Source: a virus (Duplodnaviria; Heunggongvirae; Uroviricota; Caudoviricetes). From it: 17,915 bases of DNA. How positions within the stretch are numbered: the stretch's first letter is position 1; every line of letters begins with the position of its first letter. Where the stretch lies: the IMG/VR virus record IMGVR_UViG_2703718843_000008. One strand, written 5' to 3'. The position numbers and the translations under genes were made by a program. The notes beneath the pieces were generated by a model. That model saw nothing but the letters and a program-made list of their open reading frames with translations, was not told the DNA's origin and did no database searches. Positions 8,011 to 16,299 of the stretch are shown one piece after another.

Positions 8011-8390
8011 ACTTCCCCCTGATACAACGTCACACCAGTACTGCAGAAGTCATCAAAGGTCGCCGGAAGCGTGCGGTACATCTCCGCCATTACTTCACAG
8101 CCGCGCGCGGTCAGTACCGGCGGCGCGGTCAGCAGTGACGGCTCCAGCATGTCAGTCAGCAGTGCCAGCGCGGCAGCGGCGCCCTGTGCTTCGCCGTACT
8201 CGTTAATCAGTGCGCACTCGATATGCAGCGCAATGGCCATTTCAATACGCTCCACCGTCAGGCTGTGCGGACCATACTGATCACTGCCAGTTTCGTTCAG
8301 CATTTTCTGCCGCCATGCTGAAGCAATAGCCCGCCGGTAAAGCGCGGTTGTCATTTCTGCCGGGAAAATGGAAACCTGCGGCTGGTTCAT
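8007..8390 (-). CDS. Hypothetical satellite early-operon protein
   Basis: 127-aa ORF with strong RBS (GAAGGAGGTG); translationally coupled on both sides by ATGA overlaps. Confidence 0.55.
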   Translation of the reverse strand: MNQPQVSIFPAEMTTALYRRAIASAWRQKMLNETGSDQYGPHSLTVERIEMAIALHIECALINEYGEAQGAAAALALLTDMLEPSLLTAPPVLTARGCEVMAEMYRTLPATFDDFCSTGVTLYQGEV

Positions 8391-8671
8391 CTGGCACCTC
8401 CTTCAATCAGTGCACAGCTGTGCGCAATATCCGTCAAATCTGCCCGCAGGTACTCCATCAGCGCGGCGACACCATGCGCACAGCCAGCGTCCAGTGCTCC
8501 GGCCTGAGACGAGTATTCAGAAAAGAGAAGCTGGAGCATGTCGCAGGCATTTCTTGCGCGGGTCAGCTTTCCGAAACTGTCCTCTGACAACCCATAGGCA
8601 AAAGCACCGGTATTGTGTTTTTCAGGCAAAGTGTGGCCCTGAGCACCGTTGTGCCCGTTTGAAATATTCAT
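8387..8671 (-). CDS. Hypothetical satellite early-operon protein
   Basis: 94-aa ORF, ATG start with ACGGAG RBS, ATGA overlap with the downstream gene. Confidence 0.55.
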   Translation of the reverse strand: MNISNGHNGAQGHTLPEKHNTGAFAYGLSEDSFGKLTRARNACDMLQLLFSEYSSQAGALDAGCAHGVAALMEYLRADLTDIAHSCALIEGGAR

Positions 8672-8702
8672 CGTGGATTACTCCGTTTTCAGCGGTATTT
8701 TG

Positions 8703-9062
8703 TCAGAGAAACTTTGAATAGTGACCGTCGTCAGGCTCAGCAGAACGCCGTATGCTACGCTCCCGCCAGCGGATAAATAGCACAGACGGATGCAGTGTCA
8801 GCGGGCCGGAACCACTACCGCCTGCAGGAGCTGGTGCAGGCTTAAAGAGCGGTACATCAAACAGGCGCGTATACCGCTGTTCAAACCATGCCAGAGGGCA
8901 GGAAGAAAGCTGGTTGTCGCTGTCATGACGTATCAGCACTTCACAGCTGAATTCAGGATTAACCAGCGCCACAGAGGGCGAGGCTTCAATTAATCGGATA
9001 ATCGTGACCGTCCAGCCACGTTCATGCTGCCAGCGTTCGCCGGGGTGCGGATAATTACGCAT
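8703..9062 (-). CDS. Hypothetical satellite early-operon protein
   Basis: ORF-track start at 9092 is a TTG; the ATG at 9062 (MRNYPHPGERW...) is preceded by GGAGGTG and is the likelier start. Confidence 0.5.
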   Translation of the reverse strand: MRNYPHPGERWQHERGWTVTIIRLIEASPSVALVNPEFSCEVLIRHDSDNQLSSCPLAWFEQRYTRLFDVPLFKPAPAPAGGSGSGPLTLHPSVLFIRWRERSIRRSAEPDDGHYSKFL

Positions 9063-9231
9063 GTTCACCTCCGCAGGGAATGCGCCCGGCAAAGCTCAGT
9101 ACATAATCCGGGGCAAGTCTGCGCCGCGCTGACCGCTCGTTATCTGCGGTGATCCTTAACATCACAGGACGGGCATTGCGTTGACTGCGGTTGATCGCCG
9201 CAAATAACCAGGTACACTTCTGTTTAGCCAT
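9055..9231 (-). CDS. Small hypothetical protein (58 aa), first gene of the leftward operon
   Basis: ATG with AAGAGGT RBS; MAKQKCTWLFAAINRSQRNARPVMLRITADNERSARRRLAPDYVLSFAGRIPCGGEHA. Below the 60-aa ORF-track cutoff. Stop overlaps the next gene's start. Confidence 0.4.
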   Translation of the reverse strand: MAKQKCTWLFAAINRSQRNARPVMLRITADNERSARRRLAPDYVLSFAGRIPCGGEHA

Positions 9232-9320
9232 CTTCGTTACCTCTTATAACGGTTGGTTAAATGCCCGATTTGTGTTCCCGCACAATCGGGCATTGCTTTT
9301 ACAAGCGAACTATACTTACA

Positions 9321-9365
9321 ATGGTAATTACCATGTAGTCATCATATTCTAGGGTAATTACCATG
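9321..9365. promoter_or_regulatory. Two palindromic operator-like sites in the divergent promoter region
   Basis: ATGGTAATTACCAT (9321..9334, perfect 14-bp palindrome) and GGTAATTACC (9353..9362). The second overlaps the ATG of the ribbon-helix-helix gene. Confidence 0.5.
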
Positions 9366-9536
9366 TCAACACCACAAGAGAAACGTTCCCCACCATTCCA
9401 AATGCGTCTTACCGACGATTTTAGGTTGCAACTCGAAAAAGAAATGCGCAAAGATGGAGATAGCGCGTTGGCAACTTGGATTAAAAGAATTTTACGTAAA
9501 GAACTACAATCACGCGGGATTGACCCTAAAGGTTAA
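9363..9536 (+). CDS. Arc/Mnt-like ribbon-helix-helix repressor (57 aa)
   Basis: PPFQMRLTDDFRLQLEKEMRKDG-DSALATWIKRILRKEL follows the beta-strand/helix/helix pattern of Arc-type repressors. Divergent from the early operon. Not in the ORF track (under 60 aa). Confidence 0.55.
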   Translation: MSTPQEKRSPPFQMRLTDDFRLQLEKEMRKDGDSALATWIKRILRKELQSRGIDPKG

Positions 9537-9568
9537 TCAGTTAAATATTACTAACTATCAATTAAGGC

Positions 9569-9859
9569 TTAGGGAGTAGGTGATAATCTATTCCCTTTAT
9601 TAATTGCTCTTGCCTTATTTCTCATCCCCTCAAACTGTTGACCTGAGTTTTCTTCAAACCCATCTCGCCACTTATAATAATCAGCAGCGCGCCATCGGGA
9701 CATCCGACCTATTTTTATAGGTTTTGGAAAGCGATTCAGAGAAATCAATCGATAAATCCATTTGTCACTTAATAAACAATCGGAAGTAATAAACTTCATA
9801 TCGATCAGAGAATCCATTGAAGGTCGTTGCAAAGTAGTATTATCATGTTTAGATAACAT
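9569..9859 (-). CDS. AlpA/Vis-family HTH protein (excisionase or regulator)
   Basis: 96 aa; IYRLISLNRFPKPIKIGRMSRWRAADYYKW matches the AlpA-type pattern (FP-P-I-G ... W ... W). GGAG RBS. Confidence 0.75.
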   Translation of the reverse strand: MLSKHDNTTLQRPSMDSLIDMKFITSDCLLSDKWIYRLISLNRFPKPIKIGRMSRWRAADYYKWRDGFEENSGQQFEGMRNKARAINKGNRLSPTP

Positions 9860-9984
9860 TCATCATTCTCCGTTTATCTAAGTCTATTGGCTTCAACACG
9901 GAAAATTAAAACATAGGTTATAAATGAGAAAAATGTGACTAATGAAAAAAATCCAAAATCATTAGTCACAATAATTGTTAACAT

Positions 9985-10809
9985 TTAGTTAAACTTAATG
10001 TTTTTCATGCAACTACGTAGCAAGCTAACAACAGTATCATAGCTCAAAGGTGGTTCTCCGGTCTTAGGCCAGAACTCACTGGCATGTTGAAAAAGATAAT
10101 CAGCTATCGCTGCTGGACTCTCTCTTCTTAGCCTCATATCACGATGATAGAGCGAAATAATAGCCATGAGTATTTCAGTTCGAGGAACAGCATGTTTTTG
10201 TTTTTGCGCCTCAGATTGTGATTTATATTTATTGGCGTTTTTTATCCGTTTTTGTTCGCATAAGACTATATCAATGAATTTTTGAATCTGTACCTTTGTA
10301 ATCCACAAAACCTCAAAAAGATAATAATTTTCTTTTTCATCATAATTTACATAAAGAATTACCTTACAATTTATATTAGGCGTACCCGCCAGTAGAAAAT
10401 GAATAGGCCAGGAATCCGGTTGCCCCTCATGCTTAACTAACAGATCTTTATATTCATAATCAACAGCCCATAAACCGGATATAAAGCATCGAATAAAACC
10501 ATTTTTATCAATTAAATTATTTTCATCAGGGATTCTTATAGAGCTTAAGTCTGACAACATAATATTGCCATTTCTATCTCGTGGTAAATATTTCAGATTA
10601 GATAAGAACTCATCCATTTGACCATCAATCTTCAAACCACATGAAACATCATACTCATCATCATGGAATTCCATGCATAGCTCTACATCTCGTTCTCTGG
10701 CAAACCAGAGTATATCCTTTTCACTACAACCAATTTTTTCTGAAGCTTCATCCAACTGGTAGTAATCTCTGAGCAGAGAATCAGTATTATTAATTTTTAA
10801 AATATTCAT
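9985..10809 (-). CDS. Hypothetical protein, AT-rich orphan cargo gene translationally coupled to the integrase
   Basis: 274-aa ORF whose ATG overlaps the integrase stop (ATGA). Marked AT-rich codon usage; no motif I can recognise. Confidence 0.65.
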   Translation of the reverse strand: MNILKINNTDSLLRDYYQLDEASEKIGCSEKDILWFARERDVELCMEFHDDEYDVSCGLKIDGQMDEFLSNLKYLPRDRNGNIMLSDLSSIRIPDENNLIDKNGFIRCFISGLWAVDYEYKDLLVKHEGQPDSWPIHFLLAGTPNINCKVILYVNYDEKENYYLFEVLWITKVQIQKFIDIVLCEQKRIKNANKYKSQSEAQKQKHAVPRTEILMAIISLYHRDMRLRRESPAAIADYLFQHASEFWPKTGEPPLSYDTVVSLLRSCMKNIKFN

Positions 10810-11996
10810 TTATGAGTACCAATTAGCTCAGATAAATAATTAGCATACCATTGCATCATTTCTCTTCTCCCTTCGAGATATTGGGCATGGTTATAAATTC
10901 CACGAATAGAGTTTTTGTCCGAATGAGCAAGCTGGGTTTCAATCCAAGCGCTGTTAAATCCTTTCTCATGTAGAATTGTACTCATCGTATGCCTGAAACC
11001 ATGTCCCGTAACACGCCCTGCATATCCAATACGTTTAAACACCTGATTGATGCTTGCTTCACTCATAAATTTGCTAGGATCGTTGCGTCCAGGGAACATC
11101 AGCGGGTAGTTCCCAGTTAGTTCTTTCAAACTTTTGAGATGGGATAATGCTTGTTTTGGTAACGGGACAATATGGCTCCTACGCATTTTCATACGTTCTT
11201 TTGGGATCTCCCACACCGCATTATCAAAATCCACCTCTCGCCACTCACCTGCTCGTAGTTCTCCAGTTCGTAGACCTGTCAGGATAAGTAAATGCGCCCC
11301 CAACAATACAATTGGACTTCCTGAATAAGAATTAAGGGCATTAAAGAACTCCGGTAGTTCGTTGGCTTTGAGGAATGGATAGTGGACTGCTTCATGTCCT
11401 TGCATCGCACTGGCAAGATCCGGTGCCGGATTGTAGATTGCCCTACCCGTTACGATGGCATAGCGAAAAACTTCACCGCATCGCTGACGGACTTTCTTCG
11501 CTTTCTCCATAGCGCCTCGAGCTTCTATCAACCTCAGAACTTCAAGCAGTTCAAGGGGCTGAATATCAGCTATAGGTCTGTGCCCAATATGCGGAAAAAT
11601 GTCTTTCTCAAATGCCTCAATGATGTCGGAAGCATAGCCCTCAGACCATTTGGATGATTTCATTTTGTGCCACTCTAACGCCACTTCTCTGAATGGGTTA
11701 AGTGTCTCAATCGCTGCGTTTAAAGCCTGCTTTTTGGCTTTTTTGACTTCGCCGGGATCTTCACCTGCTGCGAGTAGTTTCTTTGCGTCTTCTCGTTTTT
11801 GTCTGGCATCAGCAAGTGTGACTGTTGGATAAACACCAAAGGACAATCGTTTCTCTTTACCAGCAAAACGGTATTTCATACGCCAGTAACGCGAGCCATT
11901 AGGTTCGACCTGAAGGTATAGGCCACCTCCATCAAACAGCTTATAGCTCTTCTCTTTTCCTTTCGCAGCTTCAACCTTGCGGGCATTCAGCATCAT
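10806..11996 (-). CDS. int: P4-type tyrosine integrase
   Basis: N-terminus KSYKLFDGGGLYLQVEPNGSRYWRMKYRFAGKEKRLSFGVYP is typical of P4-family integrases; C-terminal catalytic residues HGFRHT ... Y. ORF-track start at 12065 is a TTG; ATG at 11996 or 11993 (MMLNARKVE) fits the family N-terminus better. Confidence 0.9.
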   Translation of the reverse strand: MMLNARKVEAAKGKEKSYKLFDGGGLYLQVEPNGSRYWRMKYRFAGKEKRLSFGVYPTVTLADARQKREDAKKLLAAGEDPGEVKKAKKQALNAAIETLNPFREVALEWHKMKSSKWSEGYASDIIEAFEKDIFPHIGHRPIADIQPLELLEVLRLIEARGAMEKAKKVRQRCGEVFRYAIVTGRAIYNPAPDLASAMQGHEAVHYPFLKANELPEFFNALNSYSGSPIVLLGAHLLILTGLRTGELRAGEWREVDFDNAVWEIPKERMKMRRSHIVPLPKQALSHLKSLKELTGNYPLMFPGRNDPSKFMSEASINQVFKRIGYAGRVTGHGFRHTMSTILHEKGFNSAWIETQLAHSDKNSIRGIYNHAQYLEGRREMMQWYANYLSELIGTHK

Positions 11997-12160
11997 TGGG
12001 GGCACATTTCCTAGACCGAACAGAACATGCCCCTGATTGTGCCCCCAACCGCGTGTTGATTTCAAGAGACAAGGGTTGACCTCAAACGTATGAAAACAAC
12101 GTAATATATATGTTTTTAAATGATTTTGTTGATGTGGGTTGACTTGGGAAAACTAGGTGA

Positions 12161-12209
12161 TGGTGCCGATAATAGGAGTCGAACCTACGACCTTCGCATT
12201 ACGAATGCG
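12161..12209 (-). pseudogene. ptwF: Partial tRNA-Thr(CGU) gene, 3' 49 nt only (thrW-like att remnant)
   Basis: Minus strand reads CGCATTCGTAATGCGAAGGTCGTAGGTTCGACTCCTATTATCGGCACCA: anticodon stem-loop with CGT anticodon, T-arm (GGTTCGACTCC), acceptor 3' strand and CCA. No D-arm or 5' acceptor strand upstream. The symbol is my recollection of the K-12 name. Confidence 0.75.
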
Positions 12210-12318
12210 ATGTTAATGCATTTTTAACTACTTGAGCAATCAATCAAAACAACATACTTTATATTATAAAACACCAAGTTATAGCAATAAACCCGTTGAT
12301 TGAAATTAACAAAAGTTG

Positions 12319-13719
12319 ATGTTTATTCCCTCCATTTACTTACACCAGCAGTTACATTATTGTAAGACAGCAATTCTCAACTGGAGCCGAAAAATGGCGC
12401 TTTCAAGACAAAAATTTACCTTCGAAAGACTTCGCAGATTCACCTTACCGGAAGGGAAAAAACAAACTTTTCTTTGGGATGCAGATGTAACAACCCTGGC
12501 ATGCCGAGCAACTAGCGGAGCAAAAGCCTTTGTATTCCAAAGCGTATATGCGGGGAAAACCCTTCGCATGACTATTGGCAACATTAACGACTGGAAGATT
12601 GATGATGCGAGAGCCGAGGCAAGACGGTTACAAACATTGATCGATACAGGGATAGATCCACGAATTGCTAAGGCTGTAAAAATCGCAGAAGCAGAATCCC
12701 TGCAGGCAGAATCACGTAAAACAAAAGTGACTTTCTCCGTCGCCTGGGAAGACTATCTTCAAGAATTGAGAACCGGTATCAGTGCAAAAACTAAACGCCC
12801 ATATTCTACTCGATACATTGCCGATCACATTAACTTGTCCAGTCGTGGAGGCGAAAGTAAAAAAAGAGGCCAAGGCCCGACTTCGGCTGGACCATTGGCT
12901 AGTTTGCTCAACCTGCCGTTATCGGAGCTAACCCCAGATTACATAGCAGCGTGGCTGAGTACAGAAAGGCAAAATAGACCTACCGTCACTGCTCACGCTT
13001 ATCGCCTACTACGTGCTTTCATCAAATGGAGTAATTATCAGAAAAAATATCAAGGGATCATTCCTGGCGATCTGGCACAAGATTACAACGTAAGAAAAAT
13101 GGTTCCCGTGTCAGCGAGTAAAGCTGATGATTGCCTGCAAAAGGAACAACTAAAAAGCTGGTTTAGTGCCGTGCGTAGCCTCAATAATCCTATTGCATCG
13201 GCCTATCTCCAAGTACTTTTGCTCACTGGTGCTCGGCGTGAAGAAATTGCGTCGCTTCGCTGGTCAGACGTAGATTTCAAATGGTCAAGCATGCGAATTA
13301 AAGACAAGATCGAAGGTGAACGTATCATCCCTCTCACTCCTTATGTTTCTGAATTGTTAAATGTACTAGCGCAATCCCCAAATTCTGACGTAAATAAGGA
13401 GGGTTGGGTTTTCAGAAGTAACAGTAAAAGTGGCAAAATTATTGAGCCGCGTTCAGCGCACAACAGAGCGTTAGTGCTGGCTGAGTTACCACATATCAGC
13501 CTTCACGGTTTACGTCGTAGTTTTGGTACTTTGGCCGAGTGGGTTGAAGTTCCCACTGGTATTGTTGCTCAAATTATGGGACACAAACCCAGCGCTCTTG
13601 CCGAAAAACACTATCGCCGTCGTCCGTTAGATCTGTTACGAAAATGGCACGAGAAAATTGAGACATGGATCTTAAATGAAGCAGGTATTACCATAAAAAA
13701 CAACGTTGATATGCGTTGA
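12319..13719 (+). CDS. intF: Tyrosine integrase of the neighbouring cryptic prophage
   Basis: Tyrosine recombinase motifs LLLTGARREE ... HGLRRSFGT ... GHKPSALAEKHY. First ATG at 12319 gives 466 aa (ORF-track start 12316 is a TTG). Confidence 0.85.
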   Translation: MFIPSIYLHQQLHYCKTAILNWSRKMALSRQKFTFERLRRFTLPEGKKQTFLWDADVTTLACRATSGAKAFVFQSVYAGKTLRMTIGNINDWKIDDARAEARRLQTLIDTGIDPRIAKAVKIAEAESLQAESRKTKVTFSVAWEDYLQELRTGISAKTKRPYSTRYIADHINLSSRGGESKKRGQGPTSAGPLASLLNLPLSELTPDYIAAWLSTERQNRPTVTAHAYRLLRAFIKWSNYQKKYQGIIPGDLAQDYNVRKMVPVSASKADDCLQKEQLKSWFSAVRSLNNPIASAYLQVLLLTGARREEIASLRWSDVDFKWSSMRIKDKIEGERIIPLTPYVSELLNVLAQSPNSDVNKEGWVFRSNSKSGKIIEPRSAHNRALVLAELPHISLHGLRRSFGTLAEWVEVPTGIVAQIMGHKPSALAEKHYRRRPLDLLRKWHEKIETWILNEAGITIKNNVDMR

Positions 13720-13835
13720 TTCCATTAAAAATCAACATATTACAAAATATCATCAACTATTGATCAAGATAGATTTTCATGTATCGTAATACACAGTTTA
13801 GTCAATGATACAGCAACTACACAGGAGATAAGCCA

Positions 13836-14276
13836 ATGGCAACCCCAGCAACTGTATCCATAGAACCCACTCTGGCAGCTATCAGAGCTCGCTGGTGTAT
13901 TAATTCAAGTAAAACAACTCAATCCTTTAACGATCCTGCGTCCATGGAAGAGGTTGTCGAGTATCTCAAAGGAACATACTCAGCTCTTCGCAAGTCTGTC
14001 GCATGCGCCAAACTGAAAATTTTACATCTTAAACAAAGAATGCAAAATGCTACTAACTTTCTCGCGCGTCTGATGTCATGTAAAAATCAGGCATCCAGAT
14101 CGCATCACAGTACGGCTAAATCAGCTAAAAGTGCCTTATCATCAGATTCAGGTGATGGTAGTGACCCCGACCCCGAGCCCGAAACGTTTCCTTCTGCCTT
14201 CATTACTACCCCTACTAATTCAATAATGCTTAAAGCTTTCTTTGCCAATATCTCAATCACTGAGGTGGCAAAATGA
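13836..14276 (+). CDS. yagN: Hypothetical prophage protein
   Basis: 146-aa ORF, AGGAG RBS, Ser-rich acidic C-terminal region. Symbol from recollected size and context only. Confidence 0.6.
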   Translation: MATPATVSIEPTLAAIRARWCINSSKTTQSFNDPASMEEVVEYLKGTYSALRKSVACAKLKILHLKQRMQNATNFLARLMSCKNQASRSHHSTAKSAKSALSSDSGDGSDPDPEPETFPSAFITTPTNSIMLKAFFANISITEVAK

Positions 14277-14497
14277 GCGCATTCAAACTCCCGGATACAT
14301 CTCAATCACAGCTCATTTCAACAGCTGAGTTAGCTAAAATCATTAGCTACAAATCTCAAACCATTCGTAAATGGCTTTGTCAGGACAAATTGCCTGAGGG
14401 GCTACCTCGCCCAAAACAAATCAATGGCCGCCATTACTGGTTACGTAAAGATGTCCTCGATTTTATAGATACATTTTCTGTACGAGAAAGTCTGTAA
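14273..14497 (+). CDS. Small HTH protein, AlpA/excisionase-like
   Basis: 74 aa, GAGGTGG RBS, start overlaps the upstream stop (ATGA). LISTAELAKIISYKSQTIRKWL ... INGRHYWLRKDVLDFI. Confidence 0.55.
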   Translation: MSAFKLPDTSQSQLISTAELAKIISYKSQTIRKWLCQDKLPEGLPRPKQINGRHYWLRKDVLDFIDTFSVRESL

Positions 14498-14615
14498 TAA
14501 ATTACAGATTTAATTTTATTGATTTATAGCGATGTTGCCCCGAGAAAAATGGGGCAACACTGAGAAATTTCAGATAGTAGTTTTATATTGAGATAACAAA
14601 GAGGTTTCCTTAAAA

Positions 14616-15470
14616 ATGTCTAATAGTGTTACTAATTTTGAGATGAGCAGCGTTCTACCAGGAAAAAAACCTTGTCAAGGCAAAAACAATGAGTCACAGG
14701 TAGTACAGACTACTCCCATAAAAAAACACTCAGTCACGTTCAAAAATCAATCTTCATTAGGAGTAATTGATCATTATGCCAGACTAACAAATAAATCTCA
14801 CTCTTCCGTAATAGCGGAAGTTGTGGATTTGGCTATCCCTATATTAGAAAAATGCAATCGTCATAACTGGTCAATAAATGAAATAAAAAATGACCTGTTA
14901 AAGTTCTCTATAAAAGAAAGCATCAATCGAAGCCGAGGTAAAACAGAAGTAACTCTGGAAGAGTACTGTTCGTTAATCTGGAAAACGAACATCATGAGTC
15001 CATTAAAAATCCCCATTGCAGATTACTTTCAACTGAACGCTAATGATGAATTCATGGGGAAAGATGAAAAAACAGTTATACGTGAAAGGCTATCCTCGCT
15101 AAGGGAAAATTACGATATGGAAAAAGCCATTTACATTTACAATCAAAGACATTTTGATGTAAAGCATCAAAGTGTCTCAGGATATTCAAACATTATTCTT
15201 ATTCATAGAACAACCTTTGAGGGTTATTACTTTGATGCCGGGCAGGCTCTACTCTTGTCAACATCCCAATTGATTATATTCGGGATAAATGAAGTTCTTA
15301 GAAGAAAGGGGATTGTTATGCCTTATCCGGTTGTTTGTTGGATTGATATTTACCATGTCAATGAAATGGTGGTTATGCTGCCAGTGCTCCGCAAAACAGA
15401 TGTTTCCAACCGTGTTAATGTACCGGATGACATCATTATAAACCCATACTCACAAGAGAGCAGAACCTAA
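14616..15470 (+). CDS. yagM: Hypothetical prophage protein
   Basis: 284-aa ORF, AAAGAGG RBS, AT-rich. Symbol from recollected size and context only. Confidence 0.65.
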   Translation: MSNSVTNFEMSSVLPGKKPCQGKNNESQVVQTTPIKKHSVTFKNQSSLGVIDHYARLTNKSHSSVIAEVVDLAIPILEKCNRHNWSINEIKNDLLKFSIKESINRSRGKTEVTLEEYCSLIWKTNIMSPLKIPIADYFQLNANDEFMGKDEKTVIRERLSSLRENYDMEKAIYIYNQRHFDVKHQSVSGYSNIILIHRTTFEGYYFDAGQALLLSTSQLIIFGINEVLRRKGIVMPYPVVCWIDIYHVNEMVVMLPVLRKTDVSNRVNVPDDIIINPYSQESRT

Positions 15471-15496
15471 GAGGTAACAAAGAAGGACAAACAATT

Positions 15497-16195
15497 ATGA
15501 GAGGTAAAATACTACTTTACCAGTTAAAGTATCGCTGGCAATCACTCTCTATTTTTGGTTGTTTTTTATGCAAAATGACATTATTCAGGTATCAAAAAAT
15601 AATTTATGACACCGGAGTGCATCAGATGCGTTCATTTTTTTACACCATATGCAGTAGCGAACAGCAAGAAAGCATTACAGATCATCACTCACTTGCTGAG
15701 ATATGCCAAAAATTTAATATTCTACCTGAACATGTTGTGATCGAGCAGGTAGATATTAAAGAGGTTGTTTCAGAGCAACGTTTACTCAGACAATTGATTC
15801 ATCATGAAATGAACCGGCAGGACACGCTTGTCATTCCAGATCTAAGCTGTCTTGGCAGAACTGTGGAGGACTTACAGAATATTTTATTTTTTTGCCTTCA
15901 AAAAGAAATGTTTATCTACAGCTACCATCCAGCTTCAAGGATAGAGCCTTCTGCTGAAAGTTGCTTGTCTTTTTTGATTGCTCGTCAGGATACGATTGAC
16001 ATTCACAATCTGAAATCAACTAAAAGCCGATATCGACATGTTAAGAAGAAATTAGGACGAAAGGAGGGAAGCAAATACCGACGTGATATCACAATACTTA
16101 AGAAAGGTGGATTTACTCAGGCTGAGATTGCAAAGAAATTGAGTATCAGTTTATCGACTGTGAAGCGGCACTGGAATAACGGAATCATCGGTTAA
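15497..16195 (+). CDS. yagL: Serine-recombinase-like protein with C-terminal HTH, probably catalytically degenerate
   Basis: Internal MRSFFYTICSSEQQ aligns with the resolvase N-terminus MRxFGYARVSTxQQ (Ser kept, the conserved Arg is Ile). C-terminal HTH GGFTQAEIAKKLSISLSTVKRHW. 232 aa. Confidence 0.65.
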   Translation: MRGKILLYQLKYRWQSLSIFGCFLCKMTLFRYQKIIYDTGVHQMRSFFYTICSSEQQESITDHHSLAEICQKFNILPEHVVIEQVDIKEVVSEQRLLRQLIHHEMNRQDTLVIPDLSCLGRTVEDLQNILFFCLQKEMFIYSYHPASRIEPSAESCLSFLIARQDTIDIHNLKSTKSRYRHVKKKLGRKEGSKYRRDITILKKGGFTQAEIAKKLSISLSTVKRHWNNGIIG

Positions 16196-16299
16196 TTCCA
16201 GAAGCTAATTGCAGAGTAACTTTTTAACAGCCATCACAGGCTGGGGCTACCTTCGTCTCAAATTTAGATGTTGGATAGGTATTATATAATGGCATTGTG

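Larger units (their letters stand above)
538..12177. mobile_element. P4-like phage satellite, about 11.6 kb, integrated at a tRNA-Thr-derived att site
   Basis: Direct repeats at both ends; integrase next to the tRNA remnant; Ogr/Delta zinc finger, Psu-like and Sid-like genes; alpha-type primase-helicase with iterons; no capsid/terminase genes. Confidence 0.8.

Noticed and set aside
8071-8993. Plus-strand ORFs overlapping the early-operon genes
   Set aside because: Antisense to a chain of translationally coupled genes with strong RBSs.
11134-11832. Three plus-strand ORFs of 60..91 aa
   Set aside because: Antisense within the P4-type integrase gene.
12161-12240. A functional tRNA gene
   Set aside because: Only the anticodon arm, T-arm and acceptor 3' strand are present (49 nt); upstream sequence cannot form a D-arm or the 5' acceptor strand. 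It is an att remnant.
12357-12584. 75-aa minus-strand ORF
   Set aside because: Antisense within the N-terminal part of the second integrase gene.
14105-14305. 66-aa minus-strand ORF
   Set aside because: Antisense within the yagN-like gene.
14524-14548. Hairpin GTTGCCCC-gagaaaaat-GGGGCAAC as an intrinsic terminator
   Set aside because: No adjacent U-tract on either strand, so function is unclear; noted only as a stable stem-loop.
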